NCBI GenBank assembly: GCA_951406725.2
Contig: OX597830.1
Span: forward strand, 31,124,001 to 31,188,000
DNA: 64,000 nt
Source: Octopus vulgaris
Taxonomy: Eukaryota
Direction of reading: 5' to 3'
The position numbers and the translations under genes are program-made. Every line of letters begins with the position of its first letter. Position 1 is the stretch's first letter. The notes beneath the pieces were generated by a model. It was not told the origin of the DNA and made no database searches. It saw only the letters and a list, made by a program, of their open reading frames with translations. Shown here piece by piece: positions 39,384 through 54,238 of the stretch.

Positions 39384-39849
39384 AATGATGACGATGACAG
39401 TGATGATGAGGAAGACTTTGACAAAGAATCTTGCAAGGAAAGGTTTAATATTTCATAAAAACAAATAGCCATATTTTCTCAGAGTTAATACTGTTGTTGT
39501 TGTTGTTGTTTATTATCATAGTTCTTACTTTGTTTCTGCTTTTTCTTTTCTTTTCTTTTTTTTTTTGATTGCTTTTCATTCATATTATGCTTTATTTCTT
39601 TCTATTTCTTCTCCCTTTTTCTTTCTTTATTTTCAGTTGTGCATGAATGTGTGTATATGTGTACGTGTGCATATACGCAAGAGAGAAGGAGATGGGCGTG
39701 GAGGGAAGGGAGAGCGGGGGGGAGTGCCATATTGCAAAGAAATAGGAAAGAAAAGAAAAAAAAATCCAATTTTCTCTTAATTAAAACAACAACAACAACT
39801 ACAATAACAATAATAAAGAGGCAAGGAATCTGTAGAAATAGTAAATGAA

Positions 39850-39905
<56 letters not shown>

Positions 39906-41204
39906 TAATAATAATAATAATATCGGTAATGACAACAAAAGCAATACACAACTAAAACACAAGCAGGTTGTCTTGTTATTGACTTGCAAAGCCAAAGTCA
40001 AAGAACAGCAGTAGCAACAACATCATAGCCATCACCATCAATAACAAAAACCACAACTGCTACCAACCATCAATGTCACCACCCTCATTCTCACTACCAC
40101 CTACTAACATCACTGTTACCACTAGCAGTTAAATACCACCACCACCACCACCACCCCTACTATATCAACTACACAGAGTGAAATCCCCCTCCTGTCCGAC
40201 GCCACCACATCTACAACCGACATTACCACCATCACAAGAATGACTACATTGACTACTGGCACCGGCACCACATTACCAACAGGATGGCAGTACACGTCAC
40301 AACCAACATCACCACCACGGGACAACAACAATGACACTAAAAACAACAGTAACACAATAATTAAAAAAAAAAAAAAAGACAGAGAAAAAAACAACAACAA
40401 CAACCAAATGACAGCCGACCAGCCAGCCAGCCAGCCAGCCAGCCAACCAGCCAGCCTGCCAGCCTGCCAGCCACCTAGCCAATCCAATCCGAAATTGAAA
40501 TGAAAAATTAGTATTGCTAAAGATTTGAAGGAAGTCATGGTCGTGCTCAGGCCAGGACACGAGGTGTGGAGGTGGCAGGATGGGGATGCGACATGTAAAG
40601 GTTGAGGTGGATGGGAGGGAGATGGAGGATCCTAGCAATGTTATTATCGCGATTAAAATCGTAAATGGGCTAGCAGTGAGGACACTAATAAATTCAACAT
40701 TCGGTACCGAGCAAAGAATTAAACATGCAGATGTTTGAAATGAAGAAATCTGGATATGGAAGTGGATGGTGCACGGCGGTGATGGTAGACAGTGGGTGTT
40801 GTTTATTGTTGTTTTTGTAGGTGGTGATGGCGGTGGTGGCAGTGGTGATGGTGGTGGTTCCATAGGGATGGTGGTTCTGGAGGAAATTGTGATAGTAGTC
40901 GTGGTGATGGTGACACTGAATGTAATGGTAACATTGGTGTTAATGGTTGATGTTTGCAATATAGTGGTGGAAGTTGTGACAATAATGCATAGTATGGTGA
41001 TGCTAGTGGTACCTGCAATGGTAATAGTTGTGGTGGTTGTGGTAGCGGTGGCGGCAGTGGTGATAAGTTTCGATGAGGATATTGGTAATGAGTGATGGAA
41101 ATAGAGAGAGCAGTGTTGATGTTATCACACCTAACAAAAAAATTTGGTAAATATTTCTTGGGTTTGAGAAGAATAAGAAAAGAAAATTTTCGAAACAGAA
41201 CATC

Positions 41205-41585
41205 CTGATTCTGTGGTAAGAAGTTTACTTCCCAACGACATGGTTCCAGGTTCAGTCTCACCGAGTGACACCTTGGCAAGTGTCTTCTACAACAGCCTCA
41301 GGCAAAAAAAAAAAAAAAGCCTTGTGAGTGGATTTGGTAGATGGAAGCTGAAAGTCCATCATATATGTGTGTGTGTGTGTGTGTGTGTCATTGTGTCTGT
41401 GTTTGCTCCCCACCTCCACTTGACAACCAGTGCTGGTGTGTCTGCACCCCAGTAACTTAGCAGTCTGGCAAAAGAGACCAATAGAGTAAGTACCAAGTTT
41501 AAAAGAAAAACTACTGGGGTCAATTCATTCAACTAGAAATTCTTCAAGGCATGGTCACAGGCTAATGAAACAAATAAAAAAGATA
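41205..41585 (+). mobile_element. tRNA-derived SINE family B (CORE-like domain, internal (GT)n, conserved 3' part)
   Basis: TGTGGTAAGAAG...GGTTCAGTCTC..GACACCTTGGCAAGTGTCTTCTAC..AGCCTC...CCTTGTGAGTGGATTTGGTAGATGGAAGCTGAAAG-(GT)n-CTTGACAACC...GTAACTTAGCAGTCTGGCAAAAGAGACCAATAGAGTAAGTACC; homologous pieces elsewhere in the window. Confidence 0.75.
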
Positions 41586-42391
41586 TCTTAGTAATTTAAC
41601 AAACAAAGATCACTAAGATGAAATAAGTACTGGAGGCGGTGCCCCAGCATGAACACTGAACAATGACCAAAATCAGTAAAAGAGTAAGAGAATAAAAATT
41701 CAAGAATGAGGAGTGGAGGGGCAGGCAGCAAGTTAAGGACAGATTAAATATATAAATAAAACACGGAAAGAAAGGAAGGAATGAAGGAAGGAGTGGGAAT
41801 TTGATGGAAATGGCTCGCTATATCAAGGCTTGTTTTAGGGGTCTTATTTTAGTAGTCTTCATACAGATTGAAGAATAATAATCACAACAGTGACAGTAAT
41901 TTCATTGATGATGATGACAACGATGATAAATGATGATGATGATGATGGTGATGATGACGACGACGACAAAGATGATGATGGTGGCAGTGACAGTGGTGGT
42001 GGTGGTGGTGTCAGAAATGATTTTATCTCATGAAAATGAAAATTACAAATGATGATGTTGATGGAGATGGCATGGCAACAATTACTAGCTTTAGTGAAAG
42101 TAATAAGTAACAATATCATAACAAATATTGACTATTATGACAATGACGATGATGATGATGATGATGATGATGGTGACGATACTGATGGTGGTGATGATGA
42201 TGATGATGATGATGATGATAATCAGCCTCATGATGTGATGACATCACAGGAAAGGAGAAGTAAATGATGAAATAAGAAGATAATGATGATAAAATGATAA
42301 TGATGATCATGATCATGCATCATGGTGCTGATGAAGGTAGTGGCGATGGTGATAATAATGCCAATAAGGATGACAATGGAATCAATGATGG

Positions 42392-42427
<36 letters not shown>

Positions 42428-45400
42428 CGGCAACGACAATGACAATGGCAGTGATGAGGAGGACAAACAGAAACTCATTTTACTCACCTCATTATGGGAG
42501 TCATGAGAATTAAATAAAGTTTAATGAAAACTAACAACAGCCCATGATTGTGATTAAGAAATGCAGTGGGAAGACTGTGGAGTAGAAGGAAAGTGGAAAG
42601 AAGCAAGGTGGAAAGGAGGAGAATTATCTGGGAAGGGGAAGAGGAAAAGGAGCTGGACAACAAAGTAGTTAGTTGAAGAAAGACAGAGACGCGGCAAAGT
42701 GAGGTCATTGGTAGAAAGAGCAAGAGATGCAGAGAGAGGAAAAAGGGAGGGGAAAGGGACTAAAAATGTGTGTAGTAATTAAGAGAAAGAATAGAAAAGA
42801 CAAGACATTGTGAGTCAATAAAGTAAAAATAACAGAGAGAGAGAGAGAGAGAGGAGGGAGCAGAAGGGGGCAGAAGGTGAAGTGTGTGTGTGTGTGTGTC
42901 GGGGTGGTGGTGGTTGTGGGTGCTGTTAAGAAATGAGAAACAGAGTGTTATAGAAAAGAGAAAACACTATTGACCATTGACTGGAAGTGAATGCAATCAA
43001 GACAATTGTAGGGCGCTGGTCTCTCTTTTGTTCCTTTTAGTCCAGTAGCGATAACAAGGTTTACACAGAACAGCCATAGTGATTTAGTATGTGAAAGCAT
43101 ATTTAATCTTTAGAACCTATTTATATGATGCTTAAAACAGAGTGTGTGTTCTTAAAAGAAGGCTAAATATAGCTTCAGCATGGCATCAATATATTTGGAA
43201 CGTCAAATATTCTTTCATGCAAGATTTTATTTTACGCAGACTATTACAGTTGGAAACGTTTTTGATTTTCATACATATTTACAACTACTTCATGTTTTAA
43301 TCAGTTGATACTCGGTCGTTATCAGAACTAAAGGTCCCTGGTTTGTGCTAGGTACTAACTATCAGGTACTGCATATACATCAATGAATAAGACATCTAAT
43401 GACAATTGAAAACCAAATCAATTGAAATACAGAGTAGATATAAATGAAGTAACGCCAGCAGCAGTAGTTGTTTAATTGCTAAAAATCAGATTAATAGAGT
43501 GAAAAATTATAACGTTATGTGCAACAACCCATCTCAGATTTTGTGAATTGTTTGGTAATCATGCAGCATGGTGTTCCATAGACGCTTATATTAGAATAGT
43601 TACTAACTGGGATTAGCAATTACAAAAGTGTTATTAGCAGATGTATACAATGGAACAGGTTAACACATTGTCAATGGAAAGGATTTTTCTGTTGGAATAA
43701 TTCTATAAACACAGCCATTACTCACGATGTCAACAGACAGTTAATATAGATTTACAACAACAAAACGAAGTGTGGAAGTGGCAACGAAGGTGGTGTTGGT
43801 TAGTTGTGATAGTGATTAGTGAGGTATGTCAACAACAAGATTTACTACAAGAATAACTTCTCTATGTAGAAACCATTACATGGTAATGAAAGAGCTTCAA
43901 TGTGAGCGCTTGAATTGTTAGGGCCAAATCTCTCTCATATCACATCACACTATTTTAGAACAGGAAGGACACATTAGACAATGTAGTCCTTCGATCAAAG
44001 GGTTGCAATAACCAGAGCTGTCTTGGAGCTAAACAACAGCAATAACAAACTAGACCACTTTATACACATTAAATAAACTGACAAACAGAATTAAATCAGT
44101 TTAGCTTTTAATTGTAAGTCACAGTTTCTAACATTAGTGCTCGGGGAGGGAACAAAAGATTATATTGAACCTAGTACTTGGATACTACTTAAACAAACCT
44201 GGAAGCAGAAAAGGTAAAAGTTGCACTGATATAATTTGTAAAGGAATTAACTAAATACAATAATACAAGAGCCCCTAATTGCCAGGAAGCAGGCCAATAC
44301 TGGATCATGGATCATTTGGCACTGGGGCACACAGAAAGAATAAATTTCCAAAATTTTATAGAGTATCACAATCTGCAGAGTGTTTTTGTATTATATATGT
44401 ATCATATATATGACATAATTAAATCATATATTTTATACTTTGAGTTTTGCTATGCACATGCTCCCCTGGTTCATGATGTGAAAAAGATTGGGGACTGCTG
44501 CCATAAAGTATTTTCCCCACCACTCTACAGAATCACTCTTACTTGATTCACTCTTACTTGAAGCTAGTTATATGCAAAAGCAATAACCTAGCACTGCTAG
44601 AAGCTGGGAACATAAATGGATCAACTCACAGATAACAGGAACTGCTGCAAGAGCACAGCTACCATTATAGAAGTTTTGCTCTAAAAGAATCTAGCCATAA
44701 TGTGGATATCGATAATGCAGACCCTATTTTCCAGTGAGTTCCATGTTTCATGGAAGTCAAAGTGAAAATGTATTTCATGTTATGGAAAATAACATGTTAA
44801 CACAAGATTTTCTGGAATGCAATATGTCTGTAACACAGGGAATAACTGTACTTATGTATATTAAGAGATGCGCAGAACTGTCTAGTAGCCATAAAGTTGG
44901 AAGAGTTTAAAATAAGGACTCTAGTGTTCCATAAATTTCCCATTGTGAATTTACAAAAGCAGACCCAACCTGTCATTCAGGTGATTACCTTGTCTGTTAT
45001 AGTGTCTTTATGAACTCATTTTGTTGCAAGTATTTTGAGCAAGAACACAAAGTCTCGCCCTGTCTATAGTTTCCCATATAGATATTAAGGCTGGCCATCA
45101 GCAATAACAATTTCAACAATCTGACAAGGATTTGCAGTCAGAGGTATTACACTTTCTCCCTAAAATAACTGATGTGAAGAAAAGAAAGTGGGGGCTACTA
45201 CAGTATGCAGAAATCACTCATTCTAAAAAGTTTCAATCTTTGGTATTTCTATCTCAGAACTAACATTTTTCCCTGCTCAATTCTCAAACACAGCTCCCCT
45301 TTCATTCCCAAAGTATTTTGTAAATTATTTTAGCTTACTTGCTTATAATTTTATCAATCTATCTACTTGCATTAATTCTTCAAATTCATCTTTAATACAT

Positions 45401-45444
45401 CTATGTGAGTATATATATATATATATATATGTCTTATTATTTTA

Positions 45445-45620
45445 GAATGTCAGGATAACTAGAACAAGACAAAATACCTTGTGATATTTGTTTCACTTCT
45501 TTAAGTTTTGAGTTCAAATCCTGTCAACATGACTTTGCCTTTTATCCTTCTGGGATCAACATAATTAATTAACCCCCTCCTCCCAATTTTCTGCTCTTGT
45601 GCCTATGTTAAAAACAATTA
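45445..45620 (+). mobile_element. Degenerate SINE family A copy
   Basis: GAGTTCAAATCC...GACTTTGCCTTTTATCCTTCTGGGATCAA...CTTGTGCCTAT. Confidence 0.55.
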
Positions 45621-47459
45621 TTATTTACCATTACTTTTTTTATGTACTGCTTACATATTTTGTGTTTGTTATTTATATTCATTTATTTTTAGCTATTATT
45701 TTTTTTCTTTTTTTTAATAATTTATAATTTTCCAGATATATCAAAGAACACAAGAGAAAAAAAAAACTCCGCAAAATACTCAAGTATAATTTACAAATTT
45801 TAAAGAATAGCAAGAATTTATCATCAGATATTAGCAGACAAATTACACCTCACCACCATTACCCTGCTGTATTTCTTTCAATCTAAAACCAAGCAAAGAA
45901 AGAAAGAAAGAAAGAAAGAAAGAAAAGAAACAAATGGGAAAAGAAAGGAAAAAATAGGTAAAAGAACCCCACAACTGCAGTAATTCCCTTGAGAATATGT
46001 GTGTGCATGTGTAGTGATGGTGTGAGTATAAAATGCATATATATATTGCCTGCTTGTGTGTGTATGCGTGCATGTATTTACACACACACACACATACATA
46101 CATGTGTGTGTGTGTGTGTGTGTATGTATCTAGATATGTTTCCGTATGGATGTCTATTCAGGAGGTTTGCTATGTGAGTATGCATGTGTGTGTATACAAG
46201 TATGTGTATTCTGCATTCATATTTCTGTCTACCCTTAGGGTACGTGAATGTGTGTGTGTGTGTGTGCGTGCGCGCATGTATCGAAGTGCCTTCATACTTG
46301 GCAATCTACATCTGAACTCATTAAGATGTGTGAGTATATGTTTTCAGCGGCGCATCCATGTTTGTGTATTTGTATTTAGGTGTGTGCTCATGCATGATGA
46401 TGTACATCTGAGGTTATACAGATGTCTGTACAGGGTAAAGGCTGTGTGTGTGTGTGTGTTGTTCATATTTGGTAAGTTATCACTGAATTTAGAGAAACGA
46501 TAGCATGTTTGATAGAGTACATCTTGTGTGTGCCTCTGTGTATGTTTGTGAGAGACAATGGATATGCCTGTATGACTCTGTGTGCATGTATTCAAATTTT
46601 CTTGAGTCAGTATATTATATTCACATATGCATATTTCAGTGACACTCTGTTGGCATGCATGCATGCATATAAGATAATGCACATGCATACATACTTACAT
46701 CCATACATATGTATGTATGCATACATCAACATGTTTGTGGGAAACTATGTATTTGAGTATGTATGTGTATCAAAGTATGCAGGAGACAAATGTGCGTGTG
46801 TCTATTTGTACGCGTGACAGTGAACGGACGTATGTATGTATGTATGTGTGTTTATGTAGATGAATGTTTTTAGCGATATAGTGCATATGTGGGGGAGTGT
46901 ATGTGAGTATGGCTTGTCATGCAAGCATATATTATGGTGATTATATTAAATACTATCTTCAAGCTGAGATGGAAATATAAAAGATTAATATTTCAAAACT
47001 GGTATTACAAGAGATAGAACAAGCGAATCTAGTGTCATGATTTCGTTCTTTCCTGACCTCTCTTCTACTCTTATTGTTGTTATTTGTTATTTCCACCACC
47101 AACACCACCAGATTATGCCATCTCCACCACCACCACCACCATCATCATCATCATGTTATTAGTAAGGTGAGTAGATGCTAGATATGGTAGCACAATAAGC
47201 AAAATATGCCTTGTATATATTTGAATATATATTTTGTTTTGAGTTGAAATCAGTGATCTGGGTTATATTTGATAGAATAAGTACCAGCCATGCGGTGGCT
47301 TGCAATGATCCATTGTTCTCAGGCTTCTGAAATTGAGATTATGGTTTACATAAATCTTTAGAAAGCTCGAGTATAAGGAAAAGTTGAATCAACTATACCT
47401 CTCCCCCCAAAATCTTTGGTCTAGTACGTTTGTCAATAACCAATGTTGTTTTTGGTTAG

Positions 47460-47640
47460 CACTGGTGCTGGTGCTACATAAAAAAGCAACCCATACACTC
47501 TGTAAAGTGGTTGGCATCAGGAAGGGCACCCATCTGTAGAAATCATGCCAAAGCAGACAATGCAGTCTTGCCAGCTCCTGTCAAATTGTCCAACCCATGC
47601 TGGCATGGAAGATGAACTTTAAATGATGAATGATGATGTA
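47460..47640 (+). mobile_element. SINE/LINE 3' tail family D, ending in (GAT)n
   Basis: CTGTAAAGTGGTTGGCATCAGGAAGGGCA...GCCAGCTCCTGTCAAATTGTCCAACCCATGCTGGCATGGAAG...TTAAATGATGA; related tail at 12700-12775 (GTCCAACCCATGACAGCATAGAAAAGTCGGACGTTAAA). Confidence 0.6.
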
Positions 47641-48042
47641 GTTATTTTCCTTCTTGCATAGCCTTAGTCATCACTCAACCAAGGAGCTAAGGCACAGCAA
47701 ACAAAAGCAGCAACCAGATGTTGTGTCCTGATCTAGTATTATATTGAACCTTCAGTCATATAATGGCTAGCTGTGCTGATTGGAAATATGTCACTCAAAG
47801 GATGCTGCAATTTTGCATCCATATAGACAGCCAGTTAACACTAGTGGTCATAATTACAATACAGGTGGACAATGACAGTACAATAGAAACAAGCATAAGG
47901 CAGATGATATGAATTCTCAATGAGAAATCAACTCAGAATGGATGACCAAACAAAACAGCAATGACCTAATGTTGCAGCAATTGCTGGCTAAACAGTAATG
48001 GCACTGCTGGTGGCAATGGTTGATGAAGTCATGGGCATGTTG

Positions 48043-48235
48043 GTGGTGTTTAGCTCCAGGTCAACCTTGATCAAGCAATACCAATGACCAAATCCAAGAT
48101 TTCTAGTCTTGACCACTGTACGTTTTTACAAACAGTTTTTATATCTAGGACTATATTATCACAGTAGAGCATGGTTTTGATTGAGATTTGGCTGCTATTT
48201 CTAACAGGTCAGACAATCATACAGAGGCTCCTTCA
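48043..48235 (-). mobile_element. SINE-like family C copy (reverse orientation)
   Basis: GTTTAGCTCCAGGTCAACCTTGATCAAGCA...ATCTAGGACTATATTATC...GAGATTTGGCTGCTATTTCTAACAGGTC..AGAGGCTCC. Confidence 0.7.
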
Positions 48236-51200
48236 TGGGCTTCATGATGTCATGGTTGGTGGTAGTGATGTGGCTAATAGTTTCAGAGATGAAGACACAA
48301 AAATGAAACCGACCGAGGGCAGTACATAATGCTGAGAAGCACAGTGAACGTTCATTCAGGTACAAGAAGAGAAATGAGAGAACATAAAAGATAACAGAAC
48401 AAATGATGAGAAAGGGATGCAGCAATAATGTCAGGATTTGCTTCAGTGTAAATAGTAGAGAGATTAATAACTGTGTGCATTTATCTATATCTATTTCTCT
48501 AATGACCCTCCCCACCCATATATGTGTGTGTGTGTGTGTGTGTGTATGTAGGTATGCATATAATTACATAAAATATGATACATTAAGGGAAGCAAATGGT
48601 CAATAAAGGAAAAAATAAATGCAGAATGGCCAAGAAATACTGAAGCAAAATTGGGAACAAAAATGTAGAGGTCATTTTAAGCATGATAGTGGAAAGAGAT
48701 GATGATGGCAAAAAAAAAGGTAATATAGCAAAGTGAAAGAGCCAGATTGGAGAAGAGAAGGAGATATGGGCAGGGAAGAGGAAGTGCAGTGGGTGCATAA
48801 AGGAGGTGGGGATGGTTTTATAAAAGTTAGGAAGAGTAGGAGAAAGAGGAGGAGGAATGATCAGGAAAAAAATGCAAAAGAAGGAGGAAGAGGAAGTGAA
48901 AAAGAGAAAAGGTATGTGTGCGTATGTGTGTCATGGGGTGATGGGGGTTGTACCAAATTAAGTATTCAATATAGGGAGACGGAAATATTTGCAGAAATCA
49001 AATTATTTAATCACCATATTTACTGTGTGGACCTGCGGAACTGTTGTGGTGTGGTAGGGTGGGGGATGGGGGTGGTATTAGAGCAGAGCAGAGTAGGGGT
49101 TGTTATTGTTGGAACACATTAATTCATACACACATGTGCACATTCATAGTGATGATAGTACACTTCATATGCACATATACCCATGTAACCATATACAAAT
49201 ATACATACACACACTAGCACACATAAAAACAGGCACACGAATATACACTCACAGACAAACATAAGTATGGACATGCACAACATATATGCAAATTAACACA
49301 CATTCAGAACATATCTGTTATGTGTTTTCTGGTTGTAGGGCAAAAGCTGGTCTTGGCGTAATTTGTTACACATGCACACACACACACACACACACATACG
49401 TATGTATATTGTTACATTCACAAACACACTGATAATTACACACTCACATAAACACAGCGATAGATTTTAAAGAAAGACCCATTTATCACTGGGCAATGAA
49501 AGCTTTTCTAGCTATACACATGCATCAACACACACAAATACAAGCACACATACGCACAAACACAAAGGAGAAAATATGAGATAAAATGTGAGACAAAGAG
49601 AGAGATCAATGTGAACAGACATAAAAATATATACAAGCATATACACGGATCTATTAATAATAATATATTCCAAGAACTTTTACTAAATGTAATATACATC
49701 CAGCCAAAGATTAGCTGTCGTATAACCTGAATATTGACACATGTCCTATCCAATGACACATCCTGTCACATATCATGTGACAAATATGCTGCAATTATCT
49801 AATTAGATGTATTGTTACAGAACAGACATATAGGAAGAGAAAATGTCACATCTGCTGTTACACGAGAGAGAGAGAGAGAGAGAGAGAGAAGGGAGAGACT
49901 GGAGAGAGAAAGAGAGAGAGAGGGAGAGAAAGGGGAGAGAGTGGAGAGAGAAAGAGAGAAATGGGAGCAGTGGTAATAGATAAGGTGAGATGTCGCATCA
50001 GCAAGTGAGATGTCACAACATCAAACTATAAGGAGTAACACACTGTTCTTGTCCTGACGATGGAAAGATACATTGTCACGTGATCATCACGAGTGTCATG
50101 TGACTAACATCCTACAAGTTGTTCAATCGTCTAACATGGATCATGACAGATGGTGACTACATCCTACACACAGTTCTACATGATCCACTTACCGCATGGG
50201 AAGAGAGTGGGCGAGAGAGGTTGAGGAGAAACAGAAAACGCAATTGTAAGGAGATATGCTATCAAATCACCTCCACCTGCAATTCTACCATCACCTACCT
50301 ACACTTAGGAAATCTGTAGTCATGTGACCTGACTACAGAGAAAACGTGGTCACATGACACACAACAAACATCCTACACGTTGTGTGCTCATGGAGTAGTG
50401 ACACATTGTCACATAACCTCTACTACTCAAAGTGGGAAAGCAAAATATGTAGTAAGGAAGACGATATTGTCGTCGTCGCATAATAATTTGTCACATTACT
50501 TGTGTGTCGTGAGGTGTGACATAACATATAAGGGTGTTGCCTGTATCCACTGGGACACACTGAGACGACAATAACACATAACCTGATATGTTATTGTATA
50601 CACTAGCATACCGAGTAGTTGTGTGCACAGACATAATACATGCTTTAAAAGATGGTTACAAGCATTAACTGATAAAAATATTACAGTTAAACACATAAAG
50701 ATACACACACACACATAAACATATACACAAGTTTCATATATATGCAAAAACGCATATATGTGTATACATACATATACATGCACACATATGCATGAACATA
50801 TCTATCTATATATCAGTATTTATATATACATATATATACATACACACACACACACACACATATATATACAAAGAGAGAGAATGTAAGGGAGAGAGAGGGA
50901 GAGCGGGAGGGAGGGAGAGAGAGCAATCCTGTGTGTCATTGAGGACATGAGTCAGTGTGTGACAGCCATTTCAGATGTCTATGTTGTTTGTCAGCCAATT
51001 AGCATAGATTAAGCGAGGAGCAATCTCCGAGGATAGTAACATTTAGAAGCTGGCTGGCTGGACGGTGAGGTGATGACGACGGTGATGGAGGAGGGGAGGA
51101 GTAGAAAAGGGTGTGAGGATGGAGGATGGAGAAGGACGGATGGGCTAGAAAGGAAATAAAAGCGTGCACACCCCGCCTTCTACACACACACACACATGCA

Positions 51201-51648
51201 TACACACGCACATACACACATAACTGCTTCCACTACCACCGTCACCATCACCACTACCACCAGTAACAGCAACAGCAATATTACTGCCATTGCTACTACT
51301 ATTACAACCAAGGCAACAAGAACACACACACACACACACACACACATAAAAATATACATCTATAAAAAGCAAAGGGCAATACCAATTACTACCACTATTA
51401 TCAAGTCTAGCATCATCAGGAAGACCACAGCCATGACAATAATAGAACTGTGACCAAAACAATAACAACAACTGCATTAGCACCAGGCCTTCATTTTGTT
51501 TTTTACAACAGCTACTGTCTCCATCATACCAAGAACACCAGCATCAACATCAGCATCAGTAATACCCAGATTTTTGATCCGCGAGCACATATATATATGT
51601 ATGTGGAGTTGTGTGTGTGTGTGTGTGTATGTATGTGTGTGTGTGTGT

Positions 51649-51702
<54 letters not shown>

Positions 51703-52387
51703 TATACCTTTCTTTTTTTTACACACACATTTTCTGTGACATTGTTTTTTTTAACCCTTTCTCATTCTTCTTCTTCAGACTCTGCCACTTGCTATAGGAA
51801 TCACCCCCACACTGCTGCTGCAACTGCCATCATCATCATCATCATCATCACTCCATCATCATTATCATCATAATCAACATCATCAACATGCCCACTAGCA
51901 AACATCACCACAGCCACTACCACCACCACCACTATTACAACTCCTGCAAAAATAATCATGACTCCTAAAACCCCACCAAAATCATCACGGTTGCCACCAC
52001 CACCACCTTCATCAACACATGCACTCATTATGTCTATCCCTAGGATTACTACCGCTTCTACCACCCACCCCTGCATTACCCTTATCAATAGTTTCACCTC
52101 CACCTCCTCCACCACCACCACCACCACCACCACCACCACCATCGTTTCTGTCACACTGCAATCACTTTCCCTACTCACACCACTTCCACCAGAGCTCCTT
52201 TCATTACAACCACTCCATCACCACTGCTATCTACCACTGCTAATGACACTGATGTCACCATCAACACTGGCACCACCACCACCACCACTAACAGGGCACT
52301 GCCACCACTAACATTGCTTCCACTACCACAATCTTTACCAGTGTCATTGTTGTGTGCCATGAAACAATGACACTCACACACACTGGA

Positions 52388-52421
<34 letters not shown>

Positions 52422-52738
52422 ATATGCTTACATACACACACACACACATATATATATATGCACATACACCACCCACTGTTAACCCCTGGAGACACTGTGC
52501 TACCACAATTCCTACCCTTAAGCAACCCAAACTGTACTCGACCTCACTACACTACAACAATCACCGTCCCGCCATCATCACCGATTTTAACCCCACCCCC
52601 ACCCCCCGCAACCACATACACATACAACCATCCCAGTCTGCTGCTACTGCTGTTGCTGTTGCTGCTGCTACTGCTGCTGCACAATTAAAGTGGGGGGGAA
52701 GGGGAGTCAGTGGGGTGGAAAGGTGTAGGGAAATGATG

Positions 52739-52776
<38 letters not shown>

Positions 52777-52909
52777 ACGTGTGTATGTGTGTGTGAGTGG
52801 GAGGGGATGTGATTGTAATTATAAATGATAACATGGATGAAAGAAAAACTGTAGAGGTTGCAGGGTGGGGAGAGAAAAATATTGGAGTGCTGGTGTTGGT
52901 GAGGGTTGT

Positions 52910-53541
52910 GAATAATTATCATCATCATCATCAGCAGCAGCAGCAGCGGCAGCAACATAATCATCTTCATAATCATCTTTTATAAGTATCATCATCATTA
53001 TCCTAATCATCTCAATCATCATCACTCTCATCATTATTTCCTACATCCACGTACTTCACTGCTAACAGTAGGTGCACATCCATCATCAGCGACATCATCA
53101 TTATCGTCAGCGACATCACAACGTCATTGCTAACAGTAGGTGTGCATTCATCATCATCATCATCATCATCGTCATCATCATCACCATTGTCATCATTATC
53201 ATGTCTAGTCACCATTGTCTTCTTCAAGACAATCACAGGCATAATCATCATCATCACCATCACCATCACCATCATCATCATAACTAATGTTGTAAATCAC
53301 TGTTACTCCCATTGTCATTGTTTTTGTCATCATACCACCATCATGATTATCTTCATCAACATTATCGTCATCATCAGCAGCAGCAGCATCATATCTAACA
53401 ATTTCATTACCACCATTACCACTACCCTCATTAACCTCGTCATAACCATTCTTCCCACTACCATTATTGTCGTCACTTTAACTACCATCATAACCATTAT
53501 CAATGTCATCATCATGATCCTCATCATCATCGTCGTCGTTG

Positions 53542-53580
<39 letters not shown>

Positions 53581-53610
53581 GCAACATCAGGGTTATCCTC
53601 ATCATAATCA
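52910..53610. repeat. Degenerate (CAT/CAC)n low-complexity region
   Basis: Long imperfect trinucleotide tract generating poly-I/H/M ORFs; similar tracts at 41900-42460 and 51820-52320. Confidence 0.85.
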
Positions 53611-53765
53611 GAAACACGATTTCTAGCATCTTCATGCGATAAGTAAAAATAGTATATCAGCAAAAATAGGTGTACTGATGGTGGCGATGGTCTGTGGCAA
53701 CAGATACATACATTTTAAGGGATGTGGAAGGAGAGAAAGAGAGAGAGAGAAAGGGAGAGAAAGAC

Positions 53766-53804
<39 letters not shown>

Positions 53805-54238
53805 GAATAAAAAGAGTGATGGGGGATGCATGCAAAATGCTGCACCATTCCATTCGAAATGTGGCCAGCTTGAACAGGCTAGATTCGATCCCTTTACCAG
53901 ATCAGGGTAGGGAAAGAGGAGCTTTTACAAAGTTCACTTCAAACACACAGGAGATCTTTCAGAGATAACTTGAACTGAAGTGTTGGTGGTGGTTGTGTGC
54001 TATTGACATGAGGAGGGTGGATAGGAAAGAAAGAGGGAAAAGAGAGCTGTAGTGATAAAGAGAAATGATGATCTGAATATCGAATGTAGTGAAGGATAGA
54101 ACGAGGTTAAGAAGAGATTGAGAGATAGGTGGGGAAAGAAAGAGAGATGCCTAAACCAATAAAACAATACATATATTCTTAAATATAAATTTCTGATGGA
54201 TTTCTGGTGTTTTCTTTCAATGCTATTATGTTCTACAG

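Noticed and set aside
40122-41279. Overlapping 100-216 aa Pro/Thr/Val-rich ORFs
   Set aside because: Derived from (GGT)n/(CCAG)n low-complexity sequence and a SINE; no recognisable motifs.
53072-53663. Poly-I/H/M ORFs resembling membrane or His-rich proteins
   Set aside because: Degenerate (CAT)n repeat open in several frames on both strands.
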